NCBI GenBank assembly: GCA_949746985.1
Contig: CATKDV010000165.1
Location: forward strand, 1 to 60,167
Direction of reading: 5' to 3'
Length of the DNA stretch: 60,167 bases
Source: an uncultured Eubacteriales bacterium
Lineage (GTDB): Bacteria; Bacillota; Clostridia; Oscillospirales; Oscillospiraceae
Translations under genes and position numbers: made by a program
Notes under the pieces: model-generated
What the model saw: only the letters and a program-made list of their open reading frames with translations
Told to the model about the DNA's origin: nothing
Databases searched by the model: none
Part shown: positions 39,407 to 48,222 of the stretch, in pieces
How the letters are laid out: the number at the start of each line of letters is the position of its first letter
Position numbering within the stretch: position 1 is the first letter of the stretch

Positions 39407-40147
39407 TCATTTTTCCAGTGTTTTTTCCAGATTTTCCAGAACTTTTTCATTTTGCTTCCCCGACAGCACCAACCGGGGACGAAAATCCAGGTAATCTCCC
39501 GCGATCAGATGGTACTCCACGCCGCCCCTTTTGCCCTCCCGGGCCAAGCGGTGACTGCCCCCATGGAGGTGCCCGTAATAGCAGGCGGTGACCCCGTAAA
39601 ACTCCAGCATATCCACGATCTCCCGGCAGATATAGCCCTCATATAGGGGCGGATAGTGCAGAAAGCAGAGCTTCTCCGCCTCCCCCGCCTCCTTCAGCGA
39701 GGTCTCCAGCCGCAGCAGTTCCCGTTTGAACACCTTCTCGTTATGGCCGCTGGCCTCCTCCTCAAAAAACCAGCCCCGCGTCCCGCAGAGGGCTATTCCG
39801 TCGTGGAACTGGCAGTTATTGTGGATGAGCGCAAAGTTCTCCATCCCATGGTCGTTCCAAAAGGTATACATCTTATTGGCAGTGGTCCACCAGTAGTCAT
39901 GGTTCCCCTTCAAAAGATACTTTTTTCCGGGAAAGAGGGCGTCCAGAAACTGAAAATCGGGCAGAGCCTCCTCCAGACTCATACCCCAGCTCAGGTCGCC
40001 ACAGAACACCACCGTGTCATCGGCGGTCAGCCCTGCAAAGCCCGAATGCAGTTTCTCCACATACCCCTCCCAGGCGCCGCCGAATGTATCCATAGGCTTG
40101 TCGCTCCCCAGAGACAGGTGTGTGTCTCCTATGGCGTACAGGGCCAT
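39407..40147 (-). CDS. Calcineurin-like metallophosphoesterase
   Basis: DTH, GDLSW, GNHD, HYPP, GHLH. Confidence 0.92.
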   Translation of the reverse strand: MALYAIGDTHLSLGSDKPMDTFGGAWEGYVEKLHSGFAGLTADDTVVFCGDLSWGMSLEEALPDFQFLDALFPGKKYLLKGNHDYWWTTANKMYTFWNDHGMENFALIHNNCQFHDGIALCGTRGWFFEEEASGHNEKVFKRELLRLETSLKEAGEAEKLCFLHYPPLYEGYICREIVDMLEFYGVTACYYGHLHGGSHRLAREGKRGGVEYHLIAGDYLDFRPRLVLSGKQNEKVLENLEKTLEK

Positions 40148-40167
40148 CTGGCCGCCTCCTTTCTCCT

Positions 40168-40665
40168 TTACTCCTCAACGAATGTGCCTCCCAGAACTCC
40201 CTGTAGCCCCGTTCTCGCCTTTCGCTCCGGAAGCCAGAAACAGAGAATATCCAACAGCAAAAAGAACACAGAAAATCCAACCACTCCGGCAAACCAGCCC
40301 CCGGGCTCCTTTCCCCGCTGTGCAGAATATCCCCAGCGGCCCAAGATCCCAAACCATATTGCATAAAACAAAAGCATACCCGGACTTCCCGCATGGACCC
40401 TCAGCCTTGAGCCAGTCCCGTCTGCCTCCAATTCACACCTCCAGAAGAGGCGGATGCTGGTGCGATTCAATAATTGGTTGGAGGGCCGCAGAATAAAACG
40501 GCCCGCTCCCTTCACCGTGAGCTTGTCAAACAGGGGCTCCGGCCCGATGATCGCATCGCCCTCCTGCCAGCGCGTCCTTCCCACATTCTCCCGAAGGATC
40601 CCCATGACAAAATCCGGTTTCAGGTTGGTGTGCAGACAAAACCGCTCTCCAAAGAGCCACTTCAT
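40168..40665 (-). CDS. Hypothetical membrane protein
   Basis: GGGGAG RBS, two hydrophobic C-terminal segments, fills the intergenic gap co-directionally. Confidence 0.6.
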   Translation of the reverse strand: MKWLFGERFCLHTNLKPDFVMGILRENVGRTRWQEGDAIIGPEPLFDKLTVKGAGRFILRPSNQLLNRTSIRLFWRCELEADGTGSRLRVHAGSPGMLLFYAIWFGILGRWGYSAQRGKEPGGWFAGVVGFSVFFLLLDILCFWLPERKARTGLQGVLGGTFVEE

Positions 40666-40669
40666 ACTT

Positions 40670-40880
40670 TCTCTCCCCTATTGTCCTGACGAGATCCAGA
40701 CTTTCGACCATAGCCCCTTTATCGGCAGCGATGATACAGAAAGTCTAAATCTGAATTCTCCCTGTTGGTCCCTTTTGCATAGGAGCCGACCATGATCACG
40801 CTCTCCACCCAGGGGTCCCTTTCAGAAAACGCCTTACGCTTTAGGAGAAATCCCTCCAGCCATCCATCGGAGCCTGTCAT
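40670..40880 (-). pseudogene. Frameshifted, truncated Pol-beta-family nucleotidyltransferase remnant
   Basis: ATG 40880 overlaps the thrC stop. Translation ...VESVIMVGSYAKGTNRENSDLDF carries the GS-x-DxD motif, then stops at 40719. Another frame continues CIIAADKGAMVESLDLVRTIG. End coordinate approximate. Confidence 0.65.
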
Positions 40881-42364
40881 CCAAGCATCTCCCGGACTTT
40901 GTCTACCATGTCCCCCTTCTCCACCACACCGGTAAAGCGGACCTTTTTTCCCGCCAGACCCGCCAGAGGAGCGGGAGGGGCAATACCCGTCAGCTGGGAG
41001 AGCTGGTCAATGCCTTTCAGGCCCTGCTCAGGAGCCTTGACTCCCAGGCCCTCCATTACGGCGGGACAGAACTTGAAGGGGCTGGCGGTGGAAACCACCA
41101 GGGTGGGAGTCTTGTCCCCCGTCCTGGCCCGGTACTGCTCCAGCACATCCACCGCCACAGCGGTGTGAGGATCAATAAGATACTGTCTCTCCCGCCACAG
41201 CCTTCCGATAGCCGCCTTAGCCCGCTCGTCATCGCAGAAACCAGCGGCAAAATCCCGGTCCAGGCGCTTCTTCACACTCTCCTCTATTTGGTAGCTGCCT
41301 GTCCGGGAAAGCTTCTCCATATACCGCCGCACCTGTTCAGCGTCCCCATAGGTGTATGCGTGGAGCAGCCGCTCCAAGTTGGAGGAGATGAGGATATCCA
41401 TGGAGGGAGATGTGGTATTATAGAATGCCCGGTTCCTGTCATATACCCCGGTCTCAATGAAGTCGGTGAGCACATTGTTCCGGTTGGAGGCGCAGATGAG
41501 CCTGCCGATAGGCACTCCTATCTGCTTGGCATAGTAGGCCGCCAGAATATTGCCGAAGTTCCCCGTGGGGACGCAGACATTCAGTCTGTCCCCCTTCTCC
41601 AGCCTCCCCTCTTGCAGCAGGTCACAGTAGGCAGAGACATAGTAAACGATCTGGGGCAGCACCCGTCCCCAGTTGATGGAGTTCGCCGAGGACAGGAAAC
41701 TGCCCCGCTCCGCCAGCTCATCCCGAAGGGCCGGATCGGAGAAGATGGCCTTTACTCCCGTCTGAGCATCGTCAAAGTTGCCCACCACCGAGCAGACCCC
41801 CACATTGTCCCCCTCCTGGGTGACCATCTGGAGCTCCTGGACCTCGGAGACCCCGTCTTTGGGGTAGAAGACCAGTATCTTAGTGCCGGGCACATCCCGG
41901 AACCCCTCCAGCGCCCCCTTGCCCGTGTCGCCGGAGGTGGCCACCAGGATACAGGCAGTCTTGGTCTCCCCCTCCTTCTTCAACGCGGCGGTGAGAAGGT
42001 GGGGCAGCATCTGCAGGGCCATATCCTTGAATGCGCAGGTGGGCCCGTGCCACAGTTCCAGCACATGGGTATTCCCATCCAGGGTGCGGACCGGAGCCAC
42101 CGCCGGATCGTCAAACTTCCCGCCGCCGTATGCCTTGGCGCAAAAGCCAGTCAATTCGGAGGCGGAATAGCTGTCCAAAAACATATTCATAATATAGACT
42201 GCCCGCTGCTGGTAAGTCATCTCCTTCAGGGTGTCCAGGGCGTTCCCTGCCAGAGAGGGAATGGCCTCGGGGGTATAGAGCCCACCGTCGGGGGCCAACC
42301 CGTAGGCGATAGCCCCCGCCGCCGTGGTCTTGCCAAGTCTGTCTCTTGTGCTCACATAGTACAT
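40877..42364 (-). CDS. thrC: Threonine synthase
   Basis: YVSTR, GLAPDGGL, HGPTCAFKD, ATSGDTG, NSINWGR, PTGNFG. Confidence 0.96.
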   Translation of the reverse strand: MYYVSTRDRLGKTTAAGAIAYGLAPDGGLYTPEAIPSLAGNALDTLKEMTYQQRAVYIMNMFLDSYSASELTGFCAKAYGGGKFDDPAVAPVRTLDGNTHVLELWHGPTCAFKDMALQMLPHLLTAALKKEGETKTACILVATSGDTGKGALEGFRDVPGTKILVFYPKDGVSEVQELQMVTQEGDNVGVCSVVGNFDDAQTGVKAIFSDPALRDELAERGSFLSSANSINWGRVLPQIVYYVSAYCDLLQEGRLEKGDRLNVCVPTGNFGNILAAYYAKQIGVPIGRLICASNRNNVLTDFIETGVYDRNRAFYNTTSPSMDILISSNLERLLHAYTYGDAEQVRRYMEKLSRTGSYQIEESVKKRLDRDFAAGFCDDERAKAAIGRLWRERQYLIDPHTAVAVDVLEQYRARTGDKTPTLVVSTASPFKFCPAVMEGLGVKAPEQGLKGIDQLSQLTGIAPPAPLAGLAGKKVRFTGVVEKGDMVDKVREMLG

Positions 42365-43290
42365 ACTTCTCTCACGACCCTCATCAGATTTTTATAAAAC
42401 AGTCCATCCACCCGTTCCTCGGGGTAATTCATCTGCAAAAGCCTGTCGGCCAGTTTGTGGAGGTCCTGGATACCGGAGATGCCGGCAGGCGGATGGGAGA
42501 TGCCGTCCCAGTCGCCTCCCAGGGAGACGTTCCCCTCCCCACCCAGACCAAACCAGTGCTCCACATGGGCCACCAGGGTATCCACCGTGGGGTCCGGGCC
42601 CAAAAACTCATCGCACATGTTGAGCCCTGCCACTCCATGATTTCCTATTATGGCAGTAAATTGCTCATCGGTCAAGTTCCTTGGGTGGGGACACAGTTTT
42701 CTGCTGTTGGAATGGCTGGCAAAGATAGGCTTTTCCGCCAGGACCATCACGTCCCAAAAGCCCGGGTCTGAAAGGTGGGACACATCCACCAGCATCCCCA
42801 GCTCCTGGGCCCGGCGGACAAAGGCCCTCCCTCGCTCCGTCAGCCCCTTTTCCGGGTTTTCCACATTAGTGCCCGAGAGGGCGTTTTCGTGGTTCCAGGT
42901 GATATTCACCGCCCGGAGGCCCCAGCTGTAGGCGGTCTCCAGCTTCCTAACGTCGCAGTCCAGCAGCTCGGCCCCCTCCGCCGAGAGGAAGGCCGCCGCC
43001 TTGCCCTGGGCCCAGGCGTTCTCCGCCTCCCCGGCGGTGCGGCAGTGGAGCACCAGGTCGGCGTTTTCCTCCATCTGCCTTTGAAAGAGAGCCACCTCCT
43101 CCTGAAACACCTGCCACAGGGGCTTTCCCGGCATATCCTCCGGCTCTCCAAAACAGGCGAAGAACTGGGTCCAAGACCCATAGGCCCCCATCCGCTCCAG
43201 GTCCAGATGGCCCCGGTTTTTCCGAAAGCCCCCGCCGTTCTGATAACAGCGGAGGATGGTGTCGCAATGTCCGTCAAATACCTTTGGCAT
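42352..43290 (-). CDS. Membrane dipeptidase (M19) family protein
   Basis: DGHCD, EG, DVSH, ASHSN, RNLTD, GGDWDG. Confidence 0.92.
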   Translation of the reverse strand: MPKVFDGHCDTILRCYQNGGGFRKNRGHLDLERMGAYGSWTQFFACFGEPEDMPGKPLWQVFQEEVALFQRQMEENADLVLHCRTAGEAENAWAQGKAAAFLSAEGAELLDCDVRKLETAYSWGLRAVNITWNHENALSGTNVENPEKGLTERGRAFVRRAQELGMLVDVSHLSDPGFWDVMVLAEKPIFASHSNSRKLCPHPRNLTDEQFTAIIGNHGVAGLNMCDEFLGPDPTVDTLVAHVEHWFGLGGEGNVSLGGDWDGISHPPAGISGIQDLHKLADRLLQMNYPEERVDGLFYKNLMRVVREVCTM

Positions 43291-43304
43291 GGGTATCGCT
43301 CTCC

Positions 43305-43679
43305 TTATGAAAAGGCGTTTTCAATATAGATGATCTCCGGTTTTCTGGTGGCCGTCCCCTCCGGCGCATAGACCTCCGCCACATCGAACCGGGGTTGGAG
43401 GTCTGTGGGGTTCTCTGCCAGATAAAACTGGGCGGCAAGGCGTAGCCGCCCCTGCTTCCGGACGTCCACAAACTCTCTGGCCTGGGCGAAGCGGTCGTTC
43501 TTGCGGAGCTTTACCTCCACAAAGCGGAGGTATTTCCCGTCGGAGACGATGAGGTCGATCTCTCCAAAGCGGCAGCGCCAGCCCGCAGCCAGGATGGTAC
43601 AGCCCTTTTTCCGCAGGTCCTCCGCCACCAGCGTCTCCCCCCAGCGGCCCAGGAGCCCCCTGTCTCCCCCGGCGCTCAT
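43305..43679 (-). CDS. yraN: YraN family protein
   Basis: GEIDLI, FVEVKLR, PRFDV, IENAF; follows rnhB. Confidence 0.93.
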   Translation of the reverse strand: MSAGGDRGLLGRWGETLVAEDLRKKGCTILAAGWRCRFGEIDLIVSDGKYLRFVEVKLRKNDRFAQAREFVDVRKQGRLRLAAQFYLAENPTDLQPRFDVAEVYAPEGTATRKPEIIYIENAFS

Positions 43680-44293
43680 CCCTTCCCCTCCCAGCTTTTC
43701 AGGAAGGTCCTCCGGTGGATGGGACTAGGTCCATACCGGTCCAACATCTCATAGTGGAGCTTTGTACCGTAGCCCTTATGCTGTTCAAAGCGGTATTCCG
43801 GATATTTTTCCGCCATCTCCACCATGAACCGGTCCCGGCTCACCTTAGCCAGGATAGAGGCAGCGGCGACAGAGGCCGACAGGCTGTCTCCCTTTACAAT
43901 ACAACGGTGGGGCGTAGTGATGATAGCGGTCTTTCCCCTGTCCCGGTTGCCATCGACAAGGGCGAAATCCGGATGGGGCTCCAAAGCGTCAACAGCCTTT
44001 TGCATCGCCTTTATCCGGGCGCTGAGGATATCGGTGGCGTCTATCTCCGCCGCATCCACAAAGGCCACCGCCCAGACCTCCGCTTTTTCTTGAATCATCG
44101 GAAAGAGGACCTCCCGCCGCTTCTCGGTGAGCTGCTTGGAGTCGTTGAGGCCAGGTATGTCTATGTACCGGGGCAGAATAACAGCGGCGGCGTAGACCGG
44201 CCCCGCCAGAGGGCCCGCCCCCGCCTCGTCACAACCGCAGACCAGGGTGTGGCCCTGGGCCCAGCAGTGCTCCTCATAGTTCCAAAGGGACAT
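43676..44293 (-). CDS. rnhB: Ribonuclease HII
   Basis: DEAG.GPLAGPV, DSK, DG, AAASILAKV.RD, HKGYGT. Confidence 0.96.
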   Translation of the reverse strand: MSLWNYEEHCWAQGHTLVCGCDEAGAGPLAGPVYAAAVILPRYIDIPGLNDSKQLTEKRREVLFPMIQEKAEVWAVAFVDAAEIDATDILSARIKAMQKAVDALEPHPDFALVDGNRDRGKTAIITTPHRCIVKGDSLSASVAAASILAKVSRDRFMVEMAEKYPEYRFEQHKGYGTKLHYEMLDRYGPSPIHRRTFLKSWEGKG

Positions 44294-44335
44294 TCATCTC
44301 ATTCCCCCACTGCTTTTTATTGGCTTCCATTCCAC

Positions 44336-44929
44336 TTAGCCGTCTGTATGTGCAAAATAGGCCAAAGCCTTCCACCGCTGATTTTCAGGGCAATACACAA
44401 AATAGTCATAATGAAATAAATCGAGCCCCGCGTCATTCTCCAGCGGATAAACCCAATCAGGATTCACCAACTCCACCAGAACGTTATTATCCCTGTAATC
44501 CTCGGGCTGGTGGATCCGAAGCCGGGTACTCCGTTTACTCTCAAGCAGAACATCCCCGCCCCCAGGCTGTGCCGCCTGAAACCATTCCTGACCGTGTTCA
44601 TCCTTATAGACATGCACATCCGCTATCGCCGCATACCTGACGCCGTCCCATACAAAACCGCTGCCCGGCGCATTGTAGCTTATCCACCGGGCGCCGCTGT
44701 CCCCCTCTGCGACCTGCTCCGCGATCCCATCCGCCGCCCTCCAGGCCACTGGATTTCCCACCGCCAGCAATATCCCTGTCAGCATGAGGATATATCCCGG
44801 CCTTCGGAGCTTTTTCCTCCTCTGTCCCTGCCCCAAGCCGTATAAAATAACCCCCAGAAGGAAAAGAGGGATCGCCACCAGGGCCGCACCGACCATAACA
44901 GTTCCAAAAAAAAAGGTTGTCAGCATCAT
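44336..44929 (-). CDS. Hypothetical membrane protein (two N-terminal TMs, soluble C-terminal domain)
   Basis: Purine-rich RBS, hydrophobic N-terminus; inserted between rbgA and rnhB. Confidence 0.7.
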   Translation of the reverse strand: MMLTTFFFGTVMVGAALVAIPLFLLGVILYGLGQGQRRKKLRRPGYILMLTGILLAVGNPVAWRAADGIAEQVAEGDSGARWISYNAPGSGFVWDGVRYAAIADVHVYKDEHGQEWFQAAQPGGGDVLLESKRSTRLRIHQPEDYRDNNVLVELVNPDWVYPLENDAGLDLFHYDYFVYCPENQRWKALAYFAHTDG

Positions 44930-44939
44930 TAACTCCCCC

Positions 44940-45812
44940 TTACTCCTCCGGCCACTCCAGTGTAAAGCGTCCCAGCTTGCCGCCCCGGAGTTCGTCCAGC
45001 AGGATATGGGCCATCCGCTCGGTGTCCAGGTCCCCGCCGGAGATCCGGAAGCCCCGTTTGGCGGCGGTGGCCTGGAGCAGCTCGTAGCCGTAGGCCACCG
45101 GATCCACCCCCTCCTGTCTGGGGGGGATATCCATCTTATACCGCTCTTGCAGGGCCTGGGGATACCGCAGGGCCATGTCGTCCATCAGTCGGCAGGCCAA
45201 GGTCTCCACATCCATGATATCATCCTTCACCGCCCCGGTGTAGGCCAGGTGGAGGCCCACCCGCTCATCCTCGAACTTGGGCCAGAGGATACCGGGGGTG
45301 TCCAGCAGAGAGAGGCCCTGGTCCACTGTCACCCACTGCTTGCCCCGGGTGACCCCGGGCCGGTCCCCGGCTTTGGCGGACCTCCGCCCGGCCACCTGGT
45401 TGATAAAGGTGGACTTGCCCACGTTGGGCACTCCCACCACCATGGCCCGGATGGGCCGGCCCACCTGCCCTTTGGAGCGCCATTTTTCGATCTGTTCCCT
45501 CAAAAGCTCCCGGGAGGCGGCGGAAAACTGACCTACACCCTTTCCCGTCTTGGCGTCGGTCTCCATGACCGCGTATCCTTTTCCCCGGAAATACCGACTC
45601 CAGGCCCGGTTCCCTTCCGGGTCAGCCTGGTCCGCCCGGTTGAGCACAATAAGCCGGGGTTTCCCGGCACAGATGGCGTCGATGTCCGGGTTCCGAGAGG
45701 AAACGGGGATCCGTGCGTCAACGATCTCAGCCACCATATCCACCTGTCCCAGGTCGGCCTCGATCTGCCGTCTGGTTTTGGTCATATGGCCGGGATACCA
45801 CTGGATATTCAT
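44940..45812 (-). CDS. rbgA: Ribosome biogenesis GTPase YlqF/RbgA
   Basis: IQWYPGHM, DARIP, GVPNVGKST, DTPGILWP. Confidence 0.97.
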   Translation of the reverse strand: MNIQWYPGHMTKTRRQIEADLGQVDMVAEIVDARIPVSSRNPDIDAICAGKPRLIVLNRADQADPEGNRAWSRYFRGKGYAVMETDAKTGKGVGQFSAASRELLREQIEKWRSKGQVGRPIRAMVVGVPNVGKSTFINQVAGRRSAKAGDRPGVTRGKQWVTVDQGLSLLDTPGILWPKFEDERVGLHLAYTGAVKDDIMDVETLACRLMDDMALRYPQALQERYKMDIPPRQEGVDPVAYGYELLQATAAKRGFRISGGDLDTERMAHILLDELRGGKLGRFTLEWPEE

Positions 45813-45911
45813 TCCCCCGCCTCCTTTGTCAGAAATTTGAAAGGATTTTGTCCGCTTTGTTGTAAGATTTTTCCTCTATTCTATGGCCATTCCAAAGAAG
45901 GAGGAACCATT

Positions 45912-46667
45912 ATGTCAGCCTTTGCCCTAAAGCTCATCGCCTTGCTCTCCATGCTCTATGACCACATTGCCTGGGTCTATCCCCCGGCCTTACTTCTGCC
46001 GGAGCTGTTCCCGGATATTTCGCCGGAGCTGTTCGAGGCCCTGTTCCACGTTTCCAACTACATCGGGCGGATCGCCGCCCCCATCTTCCTCTGGTCCATC
46101 GCCCAGGGCTACCGTCACACCCGGGACTGGAGGAAATATGCCCTGCGGCTATTCGTGTTTGCCTGTCTGGCGGAGTGGCCCTATTATCTGCTGTTCGAGA
46201 ACCACGGAAATATCATCTTTACCCAGCTGATCGGTCTTCTCACCCTCCGGCTTATGGACTGGGGGAACGGAAAACACCCCCGGCTCGGATACGCCCTTGC
46301 GGCTATCGTGGTGGTCCTCTCCTGGCACTTTTCCGTCTTCGAGGGCGGAGGAAGGTATATCCTGTTCATTCTGGCCTTTCACCTCACCGACCGCTGGTCC
46401 GTGGGCAAAAAGGCCCTGCTCTGGCTCTTTCTCTACCCCTCCAGCCGGTGGAAGCTGCTGGTCCTGTGCGTCACCGAAGGGATGCGTTTCTCCAACTTCA
46501 CCCTCAATGCCTTTGGCCCCCTGCTGGGAGTGGGGCTCACCTTTCTCTACAATGGGAAAAAGGGCCCGGACAGGCGGGGACTTAAGTACCTCTGGTACAT
46601 TTTTTATCCGGCCCATCTGCTTATTTTAGGGGTGATACAACATTATACACAACTTTTCCCCCTTTGA
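45912..46667 (+). CDS. TraX-family membrane protein (putative acyltransferase)
   Basis: AAGGAGG RBS before ATG 45912; LKLIALLSMLYDH, GRIAAPIF, GYRHTR, YNGKKG, FYPAHL. Confidence 0.88.
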   Translation: MSAFALKLIALLSMLYDHIAWVYPPALLLPELFPDISPELFEALFHVSNYIGRIAAPIFLWSIAQGYRHTRDWRKYALRLFVFACLAEWPYYLLFENHGNIIFTQLIGLLTLRLMDWGNGKHPRLGYALAAIVVVLSWHFSVFEGGGRYILFILAFHLTDRWSVGKKALLWLFLYPSSRWKLLVLCVTEGMRFSNFTLNAFGPLLGVGLTFLYNGKKGPDRRGLKYLWYIFYPAHLLILGVIQHYTQLFPL

Positions 46668-46674
46668 AAAGCCT

Positions 46675-47126
46675 TTAGAGTGTTTTTGCCGCATACATCC
46701 GCTCCGGCCGGCCCTCCAGGTCGTTTACCAGGGTCAAAAACTCCCAGCCGCATTTCTCACAAAAGTCCGTATGGTCGGTGACCAGGTATAGCCGTTCCTC
46801 CCCCAGCTCCCCCATGTCCGCCCGGATGGCGTCCAGGAGGGAGTGGGCCAGGCCTCTCCCCCGGTAGAGCGGCTCCACATAGAGAGCGCAGAGATTGGGC
46901 CGCAGGTCAGGGCGGTCATGAAAGTCATTCTCGATGACCCCCGCCCCGGCCGCAGTCCGTTCACTATCATATACCACTGGGGTACGGCCTCCCCGCCCTC
47001 CAGACACTGGTCCATACTCTCCCGGTATGCCTCCAACGCGATGCCCCATCTGTCGTGGAACCACCGGGCCATCTCCTCTTTTCGCTCCGGCTCCCGGCGC
47101 AGCTTGACCAAGCGCGGCTTTTCCAT
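46675..47126 (-). pseudogene. GNAT acetyltransferase split by a frameshift
   Basis: AGGAGG plus ATG 47126 gives MEKPRL...AVPQWYMIVN. The C-terminal half (AGAGVIENDFHDRPDL.PNLCALYVEP.YRGRG) is in another frame; shift near 46958. Confidence 0.8.
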
Positions 47127-47148
47127 TTTTCCTCCTGAAAAGTAGTAC

Positions 47149-47176
47149 AAAAAAGGAGCGGTCACCCGCTCCTTTT
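47149..47176. terminator. rplS terminator
   Basis: AAAAGGAGCGG...CCGCTCCTTTT inverted repeat. Confidence 0.8.
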
Positions 47177-47188
47177 CCGTATGGTTTC

Positions 47189-47530
47189 TTACAGCTTCTC
47201 CTTGAGCTTGGCGCCCTTGCCCACGCGGTCGCGCAGGTAGTAGAGCTTGGCCCGGCGGACCTTGCCCTTGCGGACCAGCTCGATCTTCTCCACGGCGGGA
47301 GCGTGGAGGGGGAAGACCTTCTCCACACCGACGCCGTAGGAAATGCGGCGGACGGTGATGCTCTCGTCAATGCCGCCATGCTTCTTGGCGATGACGGTGC
47401 CCTCGAACACCTGGATACGCTCCCGGCTGCCTTCCTTGACCTTCACGTGCACCCGGACGGTGTCGCCGATATCGGCCTTGGGGGGCTCCTCCTTCACGTA
47501 CTTGGCGGTAAAAGCCTGCATGAGATCCAT
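47189..47530 (-). CDS. rplS: 50S ribosomal protein L19
   Basis: [32 protein letters not shown]. Confidence 0.98.
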   Translation of the reverse strand: MDLMQAFTAKYVKEEPPKADIGDTVRVHVKVKEGSRERIQVFEGTVIAKKHGGIDESITVRRISYGVGVEKVFPLHAPAVEKIELVRKGKVRRAKLYYLRDRVGKGAKLKEKL

Positions 47531-47552
47531 TTTGTTTCCTCCTAAGTTTATA

Positions 47553-47613
47553 GGCGTTCATACCGGCTCTTTGTGCCGTCGCTTCCTTGAGGACAGCGCC
47601 GCAGCGGAACACC
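47553..47613 (-). ncRNA. L19 leader (ribosomal protein autoregulatory RNA), expanded
   Basis: GGUGUUCCGCUG...AUGAACGCC closing stem just before the rplS RBS. GUUCCGCUG is the Firmicute L19-leader signature. Confidence 0.75.
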
Positions 47614-47743
47614 CTTTATTGAGACTGAGGTATTTTACCACAACTGTTCGCCGGATGCAAGCAAAATTTTCTTTTTTCCCCTGGTTTTTTGTTCCCCCAT
47701 ACAAGATCCCCATGATATAATGAACTGTCTTTTGATATAGGAG

Positions 47744-48220
47744 GTGCTTCTTTTGGAAATTCGTCTATTCTCCCCCGCCGACGCTGCCCAGACGGCGGAT
47801 GTCATCGCAAAAACCCTGCGCGTCTGCAACAGCAGGGATTATCCGCCCGAGATGATCGAGGAGAACATCCGCACCCACTCCGCCCCGGACCTGATCCGCC
47901 TGTCCCAGGAGGGCCACTTTTATGTGGTCTGCGACGGGGATCGTATTGTGGGCTGCGGTGGAATTGCGGGGTACTGGGGCAGCCTGACGGAGAGCATCCT
48001 GCTGACCATCTTCGTCCTGCCGGAGTATCAGGGTAAGGGGATCGGCAGGCAGATCATCGAGACCCTGGAGCAGGATGAGTATTTCTTTCGGGCGGACCGG
48101 GTGGAGATCCCCGCCTCCATCCTGGCCTGCCCCTTCTACCAAAAAATGGGATATACCTATAAAAACGGGGTCACCTCTCCCGATGAGGAGGGCTGTGTCC
48201 GCATGGAAAAGCGGCGGTGA
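47744..48220 (+). CDS. GNAT N-acetyltransferase
   Basis: FVLPEYQGKGIG, FYQKMGY; AGGAGGT RBS and TGATATAAT upstream. Confidence 0.9.
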   Translation: MLLLEIRLFSPADAAQTADVIAKTLRVCNSRDYPPEMIEENIRTHSAPDLIRLSQEGHFYVVCDGDRIVGCGGIAGYWGSLTESILLTIFVLPEYQGKGIGRQIIETLEQDEYFFRADRVEIPASILACPFYQKMGYTYKNGVTSPDEEGCVRMEKRR

Positions 48221-48222
48221 CC

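Noticed and set aside
37802-39646. 614-aa plus-strand ORF with Leu/Phe/Cys-rich start
   Set aside because: Antisense to tig; the hydrophobic start is simply the complement of the Lys-rich tail codons.
41165-42397. 410-aa plus-strand ORF
   Set aside because: Antisense shadow of thrC.
44784-45911. Apparent 376-aa N-terminal extension on the TraX-like ORF
   Set aside because: Antisense to rbgA; the real RBS and start are at 45912.
45912-46667. TraX as evidence of a conjugative element
   Set aside because: No relaxase, T4SS or integrase nearby; TraX-like genes are often stand-alone in Firmicutes.
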